Part shown: in pieces, positions 13,201 to 26,678 of the stretch
Layout: every line of letters starts with the position of its first letter
Position numbering within the stretch: the stretch's first letter is position 1
Assembly: GCA_013239625.1 (NCBI GenBank)
Contig: MU053881.1
Coordinates: 744,001-808,000, forward strand
DNA length: 64,000 nt
DNA from: Lama guanicoe
Taxonomy: Eukaryota
Reading direction: 5' to 3'
Translations under genes and position numbers: made by a program
Notes under the pieces: model-generated
Told to the model about the DNA's origin: nothing
The model's input: the letters and a program-made list of their open reading frames with translations, nothing else
The model's database searches: none

Positions 13201-13817
13201 TTGGTCCTGATCACTCACTCTTGGTCAACCTTTTTTTAAAAGAAAAACAAAAACTTAAGTTTTAACAGTTTTGCAATACGAGCTTGTGATTTATGCTTAC
13301 TCTAAGTGGAAATCAGGATTGTTTTAAAGACCAGTCAGGTTCAGTATTTTTGAACACAACTTTCATCTAGGGTGTAACAACTAAATTGAGTAAACTATAA
13401 CTGTTAAATAATTTTCAGCTTTTCTCAAGTTAGTTACATTGTAGGATGTACTTAAGCAGTAAGTGTATTTAGGTTAAAGCAGTTGAATTATGTTAAATGT
13501 TGCTCTTATACATTACATTGAACACTGTTTGGATGCATGTTGAAAGACATGCCTTTTTGTAAAACTCAACATAGGAGCTGTGTCTACAATTAAAAGTGAA
13601 ACATTTGGCATGTTTGTTAATTCTAGTTTCATTTAATAACCTAAGGCACGTGAGTTTAAGCTTTTTTTTTTTAAGTTAATGGGGAAATTTTGAGACGCAA
13701 TACCAATACTTTAGGAATTTTGGTCTTGGTGTTTGTATGAAATTCTGAGGCCTTGATTTAAATCTTCATTGTATTGTGATTTCCTTTTAGGTGTATTGCG
13801 CTAAGTGGAACTTGTCA

Positions 13818-13823
13818 AATAAA
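13818..13823 (+). terminator. HNRNPH1: HNRNPH1 poly(A) signal AATAAA (ATTAAA also at 13589-13594)
   Basis: AATAAA followed about 25 nt later by GU-rich tttgtcttgtctgtg. Confidence 0.85.
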
Positions 13824-16178
13824 TCTTCCTTTTAAAAACTGCACTTTGTCTTGTCTGTGCTTCAGTGTCATGTGGACTCTTTCTTGGTGCTCTATTCCTG
13901 CCTGGGGCGTAGGTGACAGTGGCCCACGTCTCTGAGGCACAGGCTCGGCAGTTGAGGCTGTTGTGTAGATGTCTTCAGACTTCTCTTCCTCCAGTATAAC
14001 CTAAAGGTAAATGGTAGCTTTGGGGCCCTGTGGAAGGGCTGTATGTTTGGCCTGGCTGCACAGGACCTGATCTGAACTGCCTTTGACTTGCTAAGCACTT
14101 GCACAAAGCCAAGGGAGAGGCCGAGGTGTTCTCACTGCATGTTCTGCATGTCCACGGGAAACCTCCAAGCATGGCCGAGGAAGTGCCAGGTGGGGTGACT
14201 GAGGAGCTGCCCTCCCCCCCTCTGATGGCATCTTTAGAATTTTGCTTATATAGGATGTCTCTTAGGAGCTAGCTCATTCATAGAGGACTTTAAACTGAGG
14301 TTTCAATCTTTAGTTTTTTCTCATTTCTGAAGATAAAGTCTCCTTAAGAGCAAAATTCATTCCTTTCGTGTAACTGATAAGGTAGAATACCAAGCATTTC
14401 TGAGCACAATGTGATTAAATCAGAAACCAGTCCAAGTAGATGACTGAACGGCATTCACTAGGAAACCTCATTCCTTTCAGAGAACACTGCAGCGTGGGAA
14501 CTGCCACTCATTAACTACCCTCATAAAAAGTGTTATTCTATGGGGAATTAAGATACAAGGAAGGTTCCTTTTCTGGGTCCTTCAGTTTCTCATAAGGCAC
14601 ATCTTTGTTGAAAAACACGGCTTGTTGGAGGAAGAAAAGGAACAAGAACTAGACACTTGGGGAGTAAGCTAATCTGGAACCATTTGGCTTTTGAAGTGTC
14701 TAGAACCATTCTGGTTCTCTGCAACCTTGCGCTCCAGGGACCGGCATTACCCAGGAGCTTCTGGGAGTAACCAGAATATCCAGACACTAAGTCTCATTTT
14801 AACATGACACCCGCTTCCCCAAGCCTCACCCCCAGGTCACCAACCTTTGCATTTAAGCTGGAGAAGCACAGCCGTAAACCATCTGTCCCTCATTGCCCAG
14901 GTCAGGGGGAGGTTGCCAAACCAGGGACTCAGCGTTTCAAAGTTCAGGTGCATACTCGATGTCTTTGTAGAAAAGTGTTCTCTTGCACACAGCTGAATGT
15001 TGGTAACTGGCACAAGGATCCTCTGTAAGTGATGCTTGTTGAACATTCGTTGCTTGGGGCAGAGGGGCTGGATTGGGAGAAAACAGGTACGACAAAGCCA
15101 AGGGCACTCTGGCAGTGGTGGGGACCTCATACTCACTGAGCTGTCGTCACAGTCTTGAAGTAGGGAGGGTTATCTGGCTTCATTTCTTATGTGTGCAGAT
15201 GAGAGCTAAGGCTCAGAAGTGACGAGACTTCCCTAAGGCTCCCCAGCAAGCTGGAGTCGGAGTTGGGTGCTCTGAAAGCAAGGTACAGACATTTAGCGCC
15301 AGACCAGGTGTGGGTAGTGTAAACTTCCAAAGTGGGCCTGGGTCCTAAATGGGGTTAAAGAAGCTGCCCAGGTTAAGTGAGGGGAGGGAGAAGGGCCCCT
15401 CTGCTTGAAAAATCTGCAGCTTGGAAGGAATGTGGCTTTGGCGCTGGGCACGCCCCCATGGTTCTCACCCGTAACACAGATGTAATTGAGGGAGCAGCAG
15501 GTACAGAATCAGCCAGGCTGTGGGTTGCTGGGACGGCACCCAGGAGGGAAGCCAGGCCCTCAAGCAGGGGCCGGACAGTTAAGACCAGGCCAGAGATGGT
15601 GGGAGGTAGAGACGGGCAGTGAGCAAGGGGTGAGCCCATGGACGGTGGAGAGGGCTGAGGCCCCACAAACGGACAGACTGTCTTGTCTGGATTGCATTAC
15701 AGTGCTTGTTACAGTTCAGTAGCCTGAACCCTCAGAACCTGGACATTCAAGGCCATGAACTCTGGTCTGGGGAAGGGGCAGTGAGCATGCGCTCAGGTGG
15801 GGCTCCAGAGGAAGGCTCTGAGCCGGTTTTCCACAGCTTACAAGCAGCACCTGTCCTGGCCAGCACTGTCTCTGACGTTCAGAGTGACTGCCTGGAAGGT
15901 GCTTCCCTACAGACGTCTCCATCTGAAATCAACTCCCTTGTATATAAGGGAACAACTTTGACGCTTTGGTGACAGGTACTTCCTCTGTGCCTGCTGATGG
16001 ACTTAATGGCCCAACTTGTCCTTGGCTTACCTGGGCAGAGGGACAGTCAACCCCAGAACCCAATACAGCTGCCCTCACTGAGGGCCTCTAGACCTAAGGT
16101 GGGGGGTGCTCTGAGCACCATCCTGTGACGGTGACACAAACACCTCCATTTTCTGCACCAGAGTGAAAAATAAATGCT

Positions 16179-16184
16179 TTTATT
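16179..16184 (-). terminator. RUFY1: RUFY1 poly(A) signal
   Basis: tttatt on +, about 500 nt after the RUFY1 stop. Confidence 0.75.
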
Positions 16185-16687
16185 GCAGGGCTAACGATGG
16201 ATATTCACAAGGGTGTGAAATTGTAAATTGACAGGCAGGGAAGGCACACTGGGGGACAGAGGGTGGTGGTGGTGAGAAAGGGACTGATTACTCACAACCC
16301 TAGTGGGACTGCTGCAAAATAGTTCAGTTCTCTGCAAAGTGAAAAGTGACCACAGCAAAATCACAAAGTTCTATCTGAACCAAAGCCAGTGGTGTCAAGT
16401 GAGAAGGAAGAGCTTCAGTCCCAAGGCGCTGAATCCATACAGTTTGGAAAGGAGCAGTGTGTACGTCTTCTGGCCCTGCATGCTGCGTGTGTTCCAGAGT
16501 GCCAGCAGCCCGGGCGAGGATCTTACTCTTTCCTTTGATTCTTTTGGAAAACCAGCCTCCCAAGCCCCTGGCCACCCTGGAACCCAAACAATCTGGCACT
16601 CTTCCAAAGCTGCCCACACCCCTGGCCCCTGAAGACCGGCCCGGTGACAGGTCCGGAAGGCAGGCCCTCCGAGCCCCCACCCCCCAC

Positions 16688-16834
16688 TTAGGGGCCGGTG
16701 GAGGAGGAGCAGCGCTGGAGGAGCAGGGTGTGGCAGCTGTCACACACACGCACTGGCTTGGGATAGGAGGGCAGGGCCAGCTCGTTACTGGAGCACGTGT
16801 TGCAGAAGATGTGGCCACAGTTTCGGCAGTGGTG
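16688..16834 (-). CDS. RUFY1: RUFY1 exon 18 (FYVE C-terminal half, stop)
   Basis: [48 protein letters not shown]; total CDS 2088 nt = 695 aa. Confidence 0.96.
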   Translation of the reverse strand, partial: HHCRNCGHIFCNTCSSNELALPSYPKPVRVCDSCHTLLLQRCSSSTGP

Positions 16835-18156
16835 CTGGAGGATGGAAAAGAAGCAGTCACGGAACGTGCTGTGCTCCACGGACCCGCACACCCACGGCTT
16901 CCCTCGGCCTTTCAGTTTACTTAATACTGTAAAATCCCTTTCCCCGAGCCCAGAGGCATGTATCCGTTTGGAAGGGGTTCTTGTAGACGTCTTTTGTGTT
17001 TCTACACTTGTGTTCCTGTAAAATCCATGGGGTGTTGGCTGAGGGGTGCATCCTGGCATGAGTAAGGTTCTTGTGTTTCACTGGACTTGACAACTCTGAC
17101 TCAGTGAGTTGTAATCCACACTACTTAAAAGAGCCTGGGGTCATTCCCTGTACCTGCTGCGTTCCCTGGTGGTGACCCAATGTTTTTTTGGCCAGCCCCT
17201 CCCTGAGAGGGGGTCTTTCTCTGTAAACAGGGCTGCCGTGAACTGTGGGCCCGTGGCTCACACCGAGAAAAGGACCCGTGCGGCCCCTGCTCCTCCAGGC
17301 TCTACACATCACTTCTGCCAACAACCCGCCCTAATCAGGCTAGACAGTGGACCTTGAGCTGGGCCATTCAGGTGTGGGGACAGCCAGGCAGGCCTGTGGG
17401 ACCTCAACTTCCAGCAGGCCTTGCGGACAAGCATGATCTCAGAGGCAGTCTCAGGAGGGTTATTTCTAGCTCTGAGCCTATTGCAAGGCACTGACAAGAA
17501 TCTGGGAGAAGTTTTGCTTCCTCTTTTTCACAGAGAGGCTGTTAACGAGGCAGATGAGAACAGGCATCCATCCGTGCAGTGCAGGTGGGTGGTGGCGGCA
17601 GTGTGGCAGGCATTCTCCATTTACTGAAGGCTCCCTGTTCTGCGTGGGGTCTATATACTGCCTCTGTCCTGCTCAACTGGTCAATCACTGCCCCGTCAAC
17701 CTGGGACAAAAGGCCAGGCCCAGCACCCGAGGGCTGACACCACAGGCAGAGGCAAGTGCGCTGTGCAGACTGCCAGTGAACTTCTGCTGCCACCTGGATC
17801 TTTGTCCTGAGACCTGCTGCCCGTGGGTTCCCTGTAGATTGTTTTTGCCCAACTTAGCCAGACTTTGGTCTTGTTGCTTACAAAGAATTTCAGTTGATAG
17901 ACACACCTAGACCAGTTCTGCACACAAACAGCCCCAGCTTCCAAAGAACTCTGCCCTTCACTGAGAGGACGGGGGGAGACGAGGCCTGCGACAGGCTGGC
18001 CAGGGACCCAAAAGTCATCTGCATGGGGAGGCAGACCAGGGTGCGTGCTCACGATGCGGTGGGTCTAGTCCCACAGGCCTCCAGGACAGGAAAGGGTACC
18101 TGGGCAGGGCGCCAACTCATGCCCTGGGTGAGTGGGTGGAGGTCCACCCCACGTAC

Positions 18157-18234
18157 CTTCCTCCGGGAGATGGAGAACTCCTTTTCACACTGCTTGCAGT
18201 GCGTTGCTTCATCATCTTTCAGCCACGTGTGGCC
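18157..18234 (-). CDS. RUFY1: RUFY1 exon 17 (78 nt, FYVE WxxD)
   Basis: [26 protein letters not shown]. Confidence 0.96.
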
Positions 18235-19533
18235 CTGAGGAGGAAAGGACAGAGTCCCAGTTCATGGCTCACCCCCTGATGAGCCTTTAGCTGTGTTCAT
18301 CCTTCAGCCAGGCCTCTGCAGTCCCTTCCCAAAGCGCCTGGTTTCCTTTTGAGGGGCTGCCTGTTCCCCACTTGAAGTGGCCTCACGGGACTGTCCCCGA
18401 CCCTGACTTTGTAGCCTCTGCAGGTTGCCCCCTGGGCCTCCCTCAAACCAGATTCTCCACTCTCCTGTTAACCTGAGGCTCACCCACCCCCTTTCACTAA
18501 ATGCCTTCTGGCTAAGGAAAACGGAACCAGCATCTGGTGCTCGTGACCCCAACCCTGGCTAAGACGTTACCCAAGGTATCTCCTGTACTGGCAGAAGGGA
18601 GGAGGGCCAACGTGTCAGCCAGACCAGAAAACGTGAGGACAGTTCCTGCCGAGAGACCGGGAATGTGCTGAGGAGACAGGAAGCCCTTCTCCACACATGC
18701 TGAGCTCCGATCCTCAGAGTAACGTGGGCAGGTCTTTCCACGGGAAAGCTAGGGTAAACGAATGATTGAGCCGCGAGGACAAGGTGTCCGAGGGGTCAAG
18801 GGCCCAGTGTACTTTTCTGGCTCCTTGGCCATCTTTTGGCCATCACTTTCCTTCTCACACAGGGGGATCTCAGGACTGGGCTGCAGCACCGCGCCCAGGG
18901 CTTTCAGCCTCGTGTCTGACAGCTCTGGGCCCTGCAGTCCCATTTTATGGTTTTTATTGCCCCTCTGGCCCTGTTAGCCGACATTATTTTGTGCAAACTT
19001 GTGTAATGCAGGGGACATAAACAGCTCACAGCAAAGACATCCAAGGAACTTCCAGTCTACAAGGGAGGATGAAATAAAGTGATGCTAACTGCAAGCACAG
19101 GCAGCTGTCACCTCTTCTGATGGGCGGAGCCTGGAAGTCAGATGCCTGGAGACATCAGGGTCTCTGCTCTGTGAAGCAGCCGCGGCGCCGTGCTCTGCTG
19201 CCCAGTGGGGCTGAGGCTGGAGGGTGGAGCAGGGGCAGGGCCTCTGAACGGCCCTGGGAGGGGGCGGTGGATCAGAGCATCCGCCCCCTCCTCTCCACCT
19301 TCCGGCCCCAGAAGGCCAGCTGGCACCGCACAGGGTCACCTAGACCACATGCTCCTCTCTCCTTCAGTGCTGCGCGCCACTCTGCCCTCCCCAAAACGTC
19401 TAGAAACTTGGCCCGGCTCAGGGCTTAAGTGGCCCCCAGAAACGGCACCGGGCACTTTAGTGGGGCAGGGAGGCCTCGGTTCCTCCCCTGGAGGGAAAGG
19501 TCTTACTCTCACTATTAAAAAATAAATCCCTGG

Positions 19534-19775
19534 GATTTCAAAACGTAGACTAGATAAACAAGATTGTACCGTGTAGCACAGGGAAATATACACAGGATCT
19601 TGTGGTGGCTCACAGCGAAAGAGAATGTGACAATGAATGTATGTTTATGTATAATTGACAAACTGTGCTCTACACTGGAATTTGACACAACACTGTAAAA
19701 TGACTATAATTCAATAAAAAATGTTTATATAAAAAATAAATAAATAAAATAAGGGGGAGCTACTAAGGAATAAAT
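19534..19775 (+). mobile_element. Young 5'-truncated L1 3'UTR insertion with TSD
   Basis: Same family as 43150-43350; TSD aaataaatccctgg at 19520-19533 and 19776-19789. Confidence 0.85.
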
Positions 19776-20084
19776 AAATAAATCCCTGGATCTCTTTCTG
19801 CCACTTTTCGTTTCTTTATTGGGGCACCTGTGGTTGAGGCCTAATGTTAAACTGGCTGACTGCAGAGGAACCAGAGGACCTAGGTTCCCTGCCACCTGTC
19901 AGCGTCCCCGTCTCAGCCACGTTACAGGGCTGAGCAGCATTCTCCTATCGAGTGATAACAGCCACCCTCAACCGACACATTCTCACCCGACTGCTGTGAG
20001 AAAGCCTAGGAGCACGTGAGGATATTAGCACCAGCTGACCAGTGAGCAGTGATTCTTATGATAAGAACATTAATAATCCAGTAC

Positions 20085-20133
20085 CTTCAGTGCCTTATTT
20101 ACTTCTTTGATGTCTTCCATCTTCAGCTTTGAC
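20085..20133 (-). CDS. RUFY1: RUFY1 exon 16 (49 nt)
   Basis: (Q)SKLKMEDIKEVNKALK. Confidence 0.95.
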
Positions 20134-21570
20134 CTTAAAAAAAGAGAGAGACAGGGAGAGATCATTCATAGCCTCACTAGGGAGGCTTCCAAACTCTTAC
20201 CAAGTAAACCCACAGTCAGCTTTTGGCTTTTTGACAGCAGAGAGAAACTGGGCAGCCGTGTCTGTAGCTGGTAGGGGCATCTGAGAACAGGTTTTTCCAT
20301 CAGGGGTGTGTGTCCCCGACAGCAACCCCTGCACAACCTGACTGTGAAGGACATTCTGAAGCTGGGTCGGGCAGCAGTGCTGGGAGGCCCCAAGTGCAGG
20401 GCTGCGTCTCAAGACCAGAGCCCACCCGTGTTTCTGAGGCCTGTGCCCACTAGGAGTGTGTCCCTGACCATGTTTGCTGTCTGTCCAATGTGAAGAGGAC
20501 AGGCAGGAGAAAGAAGTGGTGCCAGCCGCCTGAGAAGGGGTAGGGCGTCCCGAGGACGCCTCCCTCTCCCTCTCTCTAAACACCACTGCAAACCCAAGAA
20601 GCCAGTGCCAAGCCAGGGCCACGCCAGCCTCCCACCTGGTTCTCCTTGGTCTCAGGGACGCCCTCGGAGCGGTCACCTGACCTTGCCCGCTCTCAAGGAG
20701 TTCCCTTCAGGGTTGGGGCAGCCGCACAGGGCACTCAGCCTGAGAGGTGGCAGGTGTGCTCGGGGCAGAAGGTGATGGATCAGTAGCCCCAAGCTGGTCT
20801 AGGAAGACACAGTGAGTGGGAGAGGATGGCGGTCGAGCAGCATCTTCATGTCCGATCATTGAAAAGACCACATTCCCACCAGAGTCCCACTGTTTTCCTT
20901 TCTCTTGATACTTTTGTGGGCCAGCCCAGCGCACTGCTCGACACCTCCCAGCTTTACAGACAGGAAACCCCCACAGCTGTGCACGAGTGTGCGCTATCTG
21001 AGCGTGCGCCTGCTTTGCTCACGGCAGCTCGTGTCTCTGGACCTTTTCTGGTCGGCGTACTCGTGCGGCGGTGGGGGTGGGGGGCGGCTGTCCCGCTCAC
21101 CGCGCCTGCGCGGCACTCAGGTGGGCGTGGCCAACCCGGGGCCTCAGCGGGAGTGACCCGGCAGGAGGAGCTTGGGCTGCCCTGACACACGGCCCTGCTG
21201 GGTGCCCTCCTGCCCCATGGCGGGCTCGCATCCTCAAGCCACAGTACTCCCTCTGCTCTGGCAGCAGGCCGCGCCAGCAGCCCTCCCATCACCCACCTGG
21301 TTCTCTCGGGACCTAGACACTGAGTTAGTGAACATGAGGGTTCCGGGCACCAGAAAAAGGATATTCTTCATGAATTAATTAACCCCAAACAGCACTGTTT
21401 CCCTGCGGCCCATTTCCTTGGCAGGGAGGGGACCCTTGAACAGCTGGCAGGCCTCCCCGCCTGGCCCTCCCGCCTCTGACGGCAGGACCTCGTCACGTTC
21501 GGGGCTCGAGGAGTGTGGGGGGCAGGCTGGTGTGCCTGCAGGTGGCAGATGGAGGGGCTGGGGTTCTTAC

Positions 21571-21665
21571 TGGCTGAGGTGCAGACCCATCTCCTGGAGG
21601 GCTTGTTCTTGCTCGTCACAAACCTTCTGTAACTCGGCCTTCTCCTCCTGCAGCTCCCGCAGCTC
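21571..21665 (-). CDS. RUFY1: RUFY1 exon 15 (95 nt)
   Basis: [31 protein letters not shown]. Confidence 0.95.
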
Positions 21666-23010
21666 CTAAAACGAACGCACCAGATGCTCGACACATCAAA
21701 GTCCCCCTCGCTCCTTTTTTAAACGTTTAGTAATCACAGCGACAAGTGGGTTGGAATGTTTTTCAAGAACAAGAAACAGTTTGTCACATTAACCTCATTC
21801 AAGGCAGGGCTACTTCACGCGTTCCCTCTCACTAGCCTGCTTCTCCGGAGTGGGCCCCTGGAGGACGGCGCGGAGAGTGACGGGGGCAGGAACACTAACA
21901 ATGGACCCTCGCAGCGCAGACAGCGCTTTGCCTGTCTGAGTTTCTACATAAAGACAGACTTCCATCAGGGAAAGCTAGTTTATGAATAAACTGTGTTTCG
22001 GAAAAGGCTGGTCAAACTTTCCTGAGAATAAATGAGCAAGGCTGGCTGGTGAAGGCCGAGAGCTGGGGTCTCCCTCCTGACGACAGTGGCAAGACCCTCC
22101 GGAGGCCCTGCGCTGCGGAGAGATGCTGGCTGGGGGCAGCGGCGCTGACCGCCCTTTGTGATGTGGGCCAGCGCACCCTGAGGGTGCAGGCTGGTGAAGC
22201 CCTAGAAAAGTAACTTGGGGTTTCAGGGCTGCTCCCGGGGCAGCGGCAGGGCTCAGGCCTGAGTGGTGGGCAGTCCCCTCAGCCACCCCCGGGCCTTCTG
22301 CCCCGAGCCTGTAAGCGCAGGCTCACAATGGGGTGCTGGGGCTCACCGGTAATGCTAGACACGTTGTTTCCTTTGCAGGGTGTGTGTAATTCAAATCTTA
22401 AAGGGGGTGTGTTCCATGATGCAGAACTTTCTAGAAGTCCTCTCCTCTCACCTCTGAGTCTGAGTGGCTCTTGAGGAACCTACCCCACCCCTACCGATCC
22501 CCACGCTGGGCCTAGCAGGCCCTCCCACCAGGGGCTTCAGGCACTTTCCAACAGGAATTAAAGGGCCTTTCTCGGGTCAAATTGCAGCAGGACCCGTTAC
22601 CAGAGTCAACACGACAAAATCGAGGTCCAGAAGCCAGCGTCTCCTTCCCGGCCCGAGCTCCTCCCTCCTCTGCTCGTCACACCGCAGCCACACTGCCCTG
22701 CCTTCTGCTCCTTCACTACGGCGGACCTTCCCCCTTCCCGCTGTCCCCGCGTGGCTGCCCCGGTTCACCATTCAAGGCTCTGCTCCCAGGGCGGGGGCGT
22801 TCTCCTGTTTTAGTCCCTTCCTAGCCCTCGTGACTGAGTCCCTCCGGTTCGCTCACTGGCTTACGACTAGTCTTCGCCTCTTTCTCCCAGAGCAGGCGCC
22901 CGCAGGGTGTGAGGAGGGCGTCTGCGTGCGGGTCGCCGCCCGCTGGGAGGCTCCCACACAGAGGTTTCTGGAGACACTAGAAGCGCGCGTTCTCCTACGA
23001 GCCGCCATAC

Positions 23011-23140
23011 CTTCTTCAGCCCTTGGACTTGTTGCAGCTCTGCTCGGAGCAGGGACGACGTGTCCTTCTCGCGCTGCAGTTCTCGCTGAAGAGCTTGTCT
23101 TTGCTCTTTTTCTGATTTCAGCTCTTTCTCTAGACTTGAG
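23011..23140 (-). CDS. RUFY1: RUFY1 exon 14 (130 nt)
   Basis: (C)[43 protein letters not shown]. Confidence 0.95.
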
Positions 23141-23552
23141 CTGTTTTCCCCGAATAAACTTGAGTTAGTTTCAATGAGAAAATTTCATGGAAAACCCAGT
23201 ATCCACAACCCAAGTCACGAGACAAGAAACATCTAGACCCTCCAACAAAGCCTGGAGGTGAGGCTCCCTCCCCCCGGGCCACCTGCCCCGGGACGTGCAG
23301 CGGGAAGCTGGTGCAGGCAAACGCCGAGCAGCTACGGGACGGGGGAGACGGGGAAGAGCTCGGACACGCACAAGGTCCTGGGTTCGATCCCCAGTACCTC
23401 CATTACAAATAAATAAACCTAATTACCACCTGCACCGCCAAAACCCCCCAGACATCTCTTCTCTCATCCTAATCCTAGCCTTGGCAGGGCCAGCTTTGCA
23501 GTGGGACTGTCGCCCCGCTTCCCACGCCCCCTGCTGCCCGCAGGGCTCCTAC

Positions 23553-23672
23553 CACTGCTCGTGCAGCTGGGCGAGCTGCTGCTGCAGGGCGCTGGTCCTC
23601 CCGCCCAGCTCCTGCTGCAGCGTGTGGCTCCGCTCCTCGGCCCCCCGCCTCGCCCTCTCCGAATGCTGCAAC
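23553..23672 (-). CDS. RUFY1: RUFY1 exon 13 (120 nt)
   Basis: (R)[39 protein letters not shown]. Confidence 0.93.
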
Positions 23673-23759
23673 CTAGACCAAATGAACCAAATCTCTGTTA
23701 AGGAAAGGATCTAACCTTACGATGTACGGTACGATTCTTTTGCATATGCTTGCTGACTT

Positions 23760-24880
23760 GAATTTTTTTCTTTTCTTTTTAAAAATTACTATACAGTAAC
23801 CTCGACTCCCTCGCGTGGCTCGTTCCACGAGTTTTTAGCACAGGCAGAAGCTCAGGTAACCAGCACCACAGTCAGTTCTAACAGGTGATACGGGACAGTT
23901 CCATCATCCCGCAAAGCTCCTCAGTGCTGCCCCTCTGAGTCACACCCTCTCTCCGCCCCTAAAGCCAAGTAAATGAATTATACTTCATATAACCTTGGGG
24001 ACTGGCTTCCTTCTTTCAGCATATCTTTTGAGATCAATCCAAGTTTTCGTGTGTATCAGCAGTCATCCCTTTCTACGGCTGACAGCCAGCAGGGTCACGT
24101 AATGAGAGTATGTTTGGCATTTATTTATTTTACAATATCATGTGTTTTTAGTTGAAGTATAGTTGATGCACAATATTACATGTTACAGGTACACAATATA
24201 GTGATTCACAAATTTTTAAAAGCTGTTCTATTAGGTGTGCAGTGGCATCACACTGTGATTTTAACCCGTACCTCCCTAATGGCTAGTGATGCTGGACATC
24301 TTTTCAGACTCTTATCTGCCAACAGTATGTTCTCTTTGGTAAAGTGTCTGTTTACGTCTCTTGTCCATTTTCAAACTGGACTGTTTGTTGAGTTCTCAGA
24401 GTTCTTTAGATATTCTGGATACAAGTCCTTTGTCAGATACGTGATTTGCGAATTTCCTCCCAATCTGTAACTTAATCTCTTAATTGTGTGTTTCACAGAT
24501 AAAAAGTTTTAATTTTTGGTAAAGTCCAATTTATCAAGCCTTTCTCTTATGGAACGTGTTTTATGTCATGTCTAAGAGCTCTTCGTCTACCCAAGGTCAC
24601 AAAGATTTTCTCCTGTTTTCTTCTAAAAGGTTTATAGTTTTAAGTTTTACATGTAGATTAGTGATCCATTTTGAGTTAATTTTTGAATAAAGGTGAGATA
24701 CAGATTGAGGTTCCTTTTTTTTTTTTGCTTATGGATGTCCAATTGTTCCAGTATCATTTATTAAAAAGACTATCCTTTCTCTAATGAACTGCCTTTGCAC
24801 CTCTGTAAAAAAAAAAATCAATTACTTCTATTTGTGTGAGTCTATTTTTTGACCCTATTCTGATTCCCTACTGACCTATA
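23760..24880 (-). mobile_element. Old L1 fragments (antisense to +) with a nested L1 3' tail at ~24120-24220
   Basis: Typical reverse-strand L1 ORF2 text (tccattttgagttaatttttg, gtccaattgttccagtatcattt). Confidence 0.75.
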
Positions 24881-25135
24881 TTTAAATGTGACAGTGACAA
24901 GGAGCTTATCGGATAGTTCTGACCCCGAGGGGACAATGTGATGCAGGAACCCAAAGGATGATTAAGTGAACACATGCTTAGGCAAGGCCAGGGAATCCAG
25001 CCCCCTTGCCGGGCTAGACTGCAGACCTGAAGGACAAGCATCCCAACCTGTCTGTACTTTTGAGAGAAACTCTGAGTCGGTCTCCAGGCCCAGCTCCTTC
25101 TAGGGAATATCCGTCTGCCAGGGGGAAGTGATTAC

Positions 25136-25233
25136 CTTTCTTCCATTTGTTTCATGCTGGACATAACTTGATTGGTTTTTTCTTCAAAAGATGTGATGGC
25201 TTCATTCTTCTGCTGTAAACTGCTCTCTGCATT
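25136..25233 (-). CDS. RUFY1: RUFY1 exon 12 (98 nt)
   Basis: [32 protein letters not shown]. Confidence 0.95.
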
Positions 25234-25311
25234 CTATAAAAGCAAGGAAAGAGGGTCATTCTCTGCTTCTCCCTCACCCCTGCACCTGCTCTGGATTACA
25301 AGCGGATTCAA

Positions 25312-25426
25312 TGAAAACGAGTATGTGTATGTACATGCATGACTGGGACACTGCACTGTACACCAGAAATTGACCATTGTAACTGACTGTACTTCAGTTA
25401 AAAAATTTTTTTTAAATAAAAAATAT
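25312..25426 (+). mobile_element. Short L1 3'-end insertion with 12-bp TSD
   Basis: ...ctgactgtacttcagttaaaaaa; TSD aagcggattcaa at 25300-25311 and 25427-25438. Confidence 0.8.
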
Positions 25427-26193
25427 AAGCGGATTCAACTCTTCACCTTGCACTTTTGTAACATTTTTTTGGGTAACTTTCAAGAGCGTTTTATTAATTG
25501 CTCCTCTTCTGCAGAGCCTGGGGAGACAGACTGGGCCAAGGCTCCCAGCGTCACCAACATAAAGACAGGCAAAGATGGAGGTAATGAAGCCTTCTGTTTG
25601 GACAGTCCTTGCCCCTTTTTCAAAAGGACCTTCAGGGTAGGATCTGACTCAATGTTACTGAGCTTTGCTCACAAGCCAGGCACATCGATGAGGTCACCGA
25701 CCCCTGCAGGGTTCTCAGCGGTGGGTAACGTTAGCCCTTGCTTCTCTGAGCCAGAGAGGGAGGCTCAGAGAGAGAAAGCACCCGGGTGGAGGTTAGAGCA
25801 TGCCCACAACTGTGTGCAGGCATTGAACCACGGCAGATGTGGAGTGACCAGGAGGGAGCCAAAAAAGCATCATGTTTCTGTGCATCTACAAGAGACACTC
25901 TTAAAATACAAGGATACAGAAAGGTTGAAGACAGAAGGAAGTCCTGATAAGTTCTTAAGAATAGTATACAGACTGTTTTCTCCGGCTTTTATGTAATAAA
26001 ACTAGACATACACGAAAAAAGAATAGCCAAAAAATACCTTGTATCTGGAAATGAAATAGCATATTATTAAAAAACAACTGAGCTAAAAAAACCAGAAGAG
26101 AAATTATGAAACGCTTAGAGCTGAAAGACTGAAAACACGCTGCAATTTTTTGCTACACTTGAAGATGCCACTGAGTGTAAGATGCACCTTGAT

Positions 26194-26678
26194 TTTTTTC
26201 TTTCATAATTGAGATTTTATTGGTTGTTTAGAGGATCAGTACCCAGACATTTCAATTTGTTCACAATTCTTAACATACGTACCAAAAATCTAAAAAAATC
26301 ATGTAGTTGTGATTCTTTTCCAGTTATTCCAGGGACTTTCCAGCTGAAAATTTGGAAGCAAATTTCCTTAACAGGATATCAAGTACCAATATTGTCAAAT
26401 GTTGATACGCTGTTACATTTCATAAGTCCCACTAATTCACAATTTAATATCATATCCACTACATACTCAAATTTTCAGTCATCCACAGTACATTAACGAA
26501 GCTACTGGGAAAACTGGACTACCAAAAGCAAAGATGTTACAGAGCGCACAGAATTCTGACAAGGAGAGCCGAGATCAAGGAGCCGTCTGCTTTAGGAAAC
26601 AATTCTACCAAAAACAACATGGGAAGAGAAGTAATGTAAAGTGTTAAAGGCATATTAAATGCACAACTGACTCCAGAT
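26194..26678 (-). pseudogene. 5'-truncated processed retrocopy of an mRNA 3'UTR (parent possibly SRP9, from memory, unverified)
   Basis: Poly(T) remnant at ~26193-26203, tttatt 26216-26221, degenerate TSD taagatgcaccttgat / taagacgcaccctaat. Confidence 0.7.

Noticed and set aside
22464..23168. 234-aa ORF on +
   Set aside because: GC-rich intron plus antisense of RUFY1 exon 14; GTG start and no recognisable domain.
25370..25996. 208-aa ORF on +
   Set aside because: Starts in an L1 tail and ends in an L1 relic; no splice or homology support.
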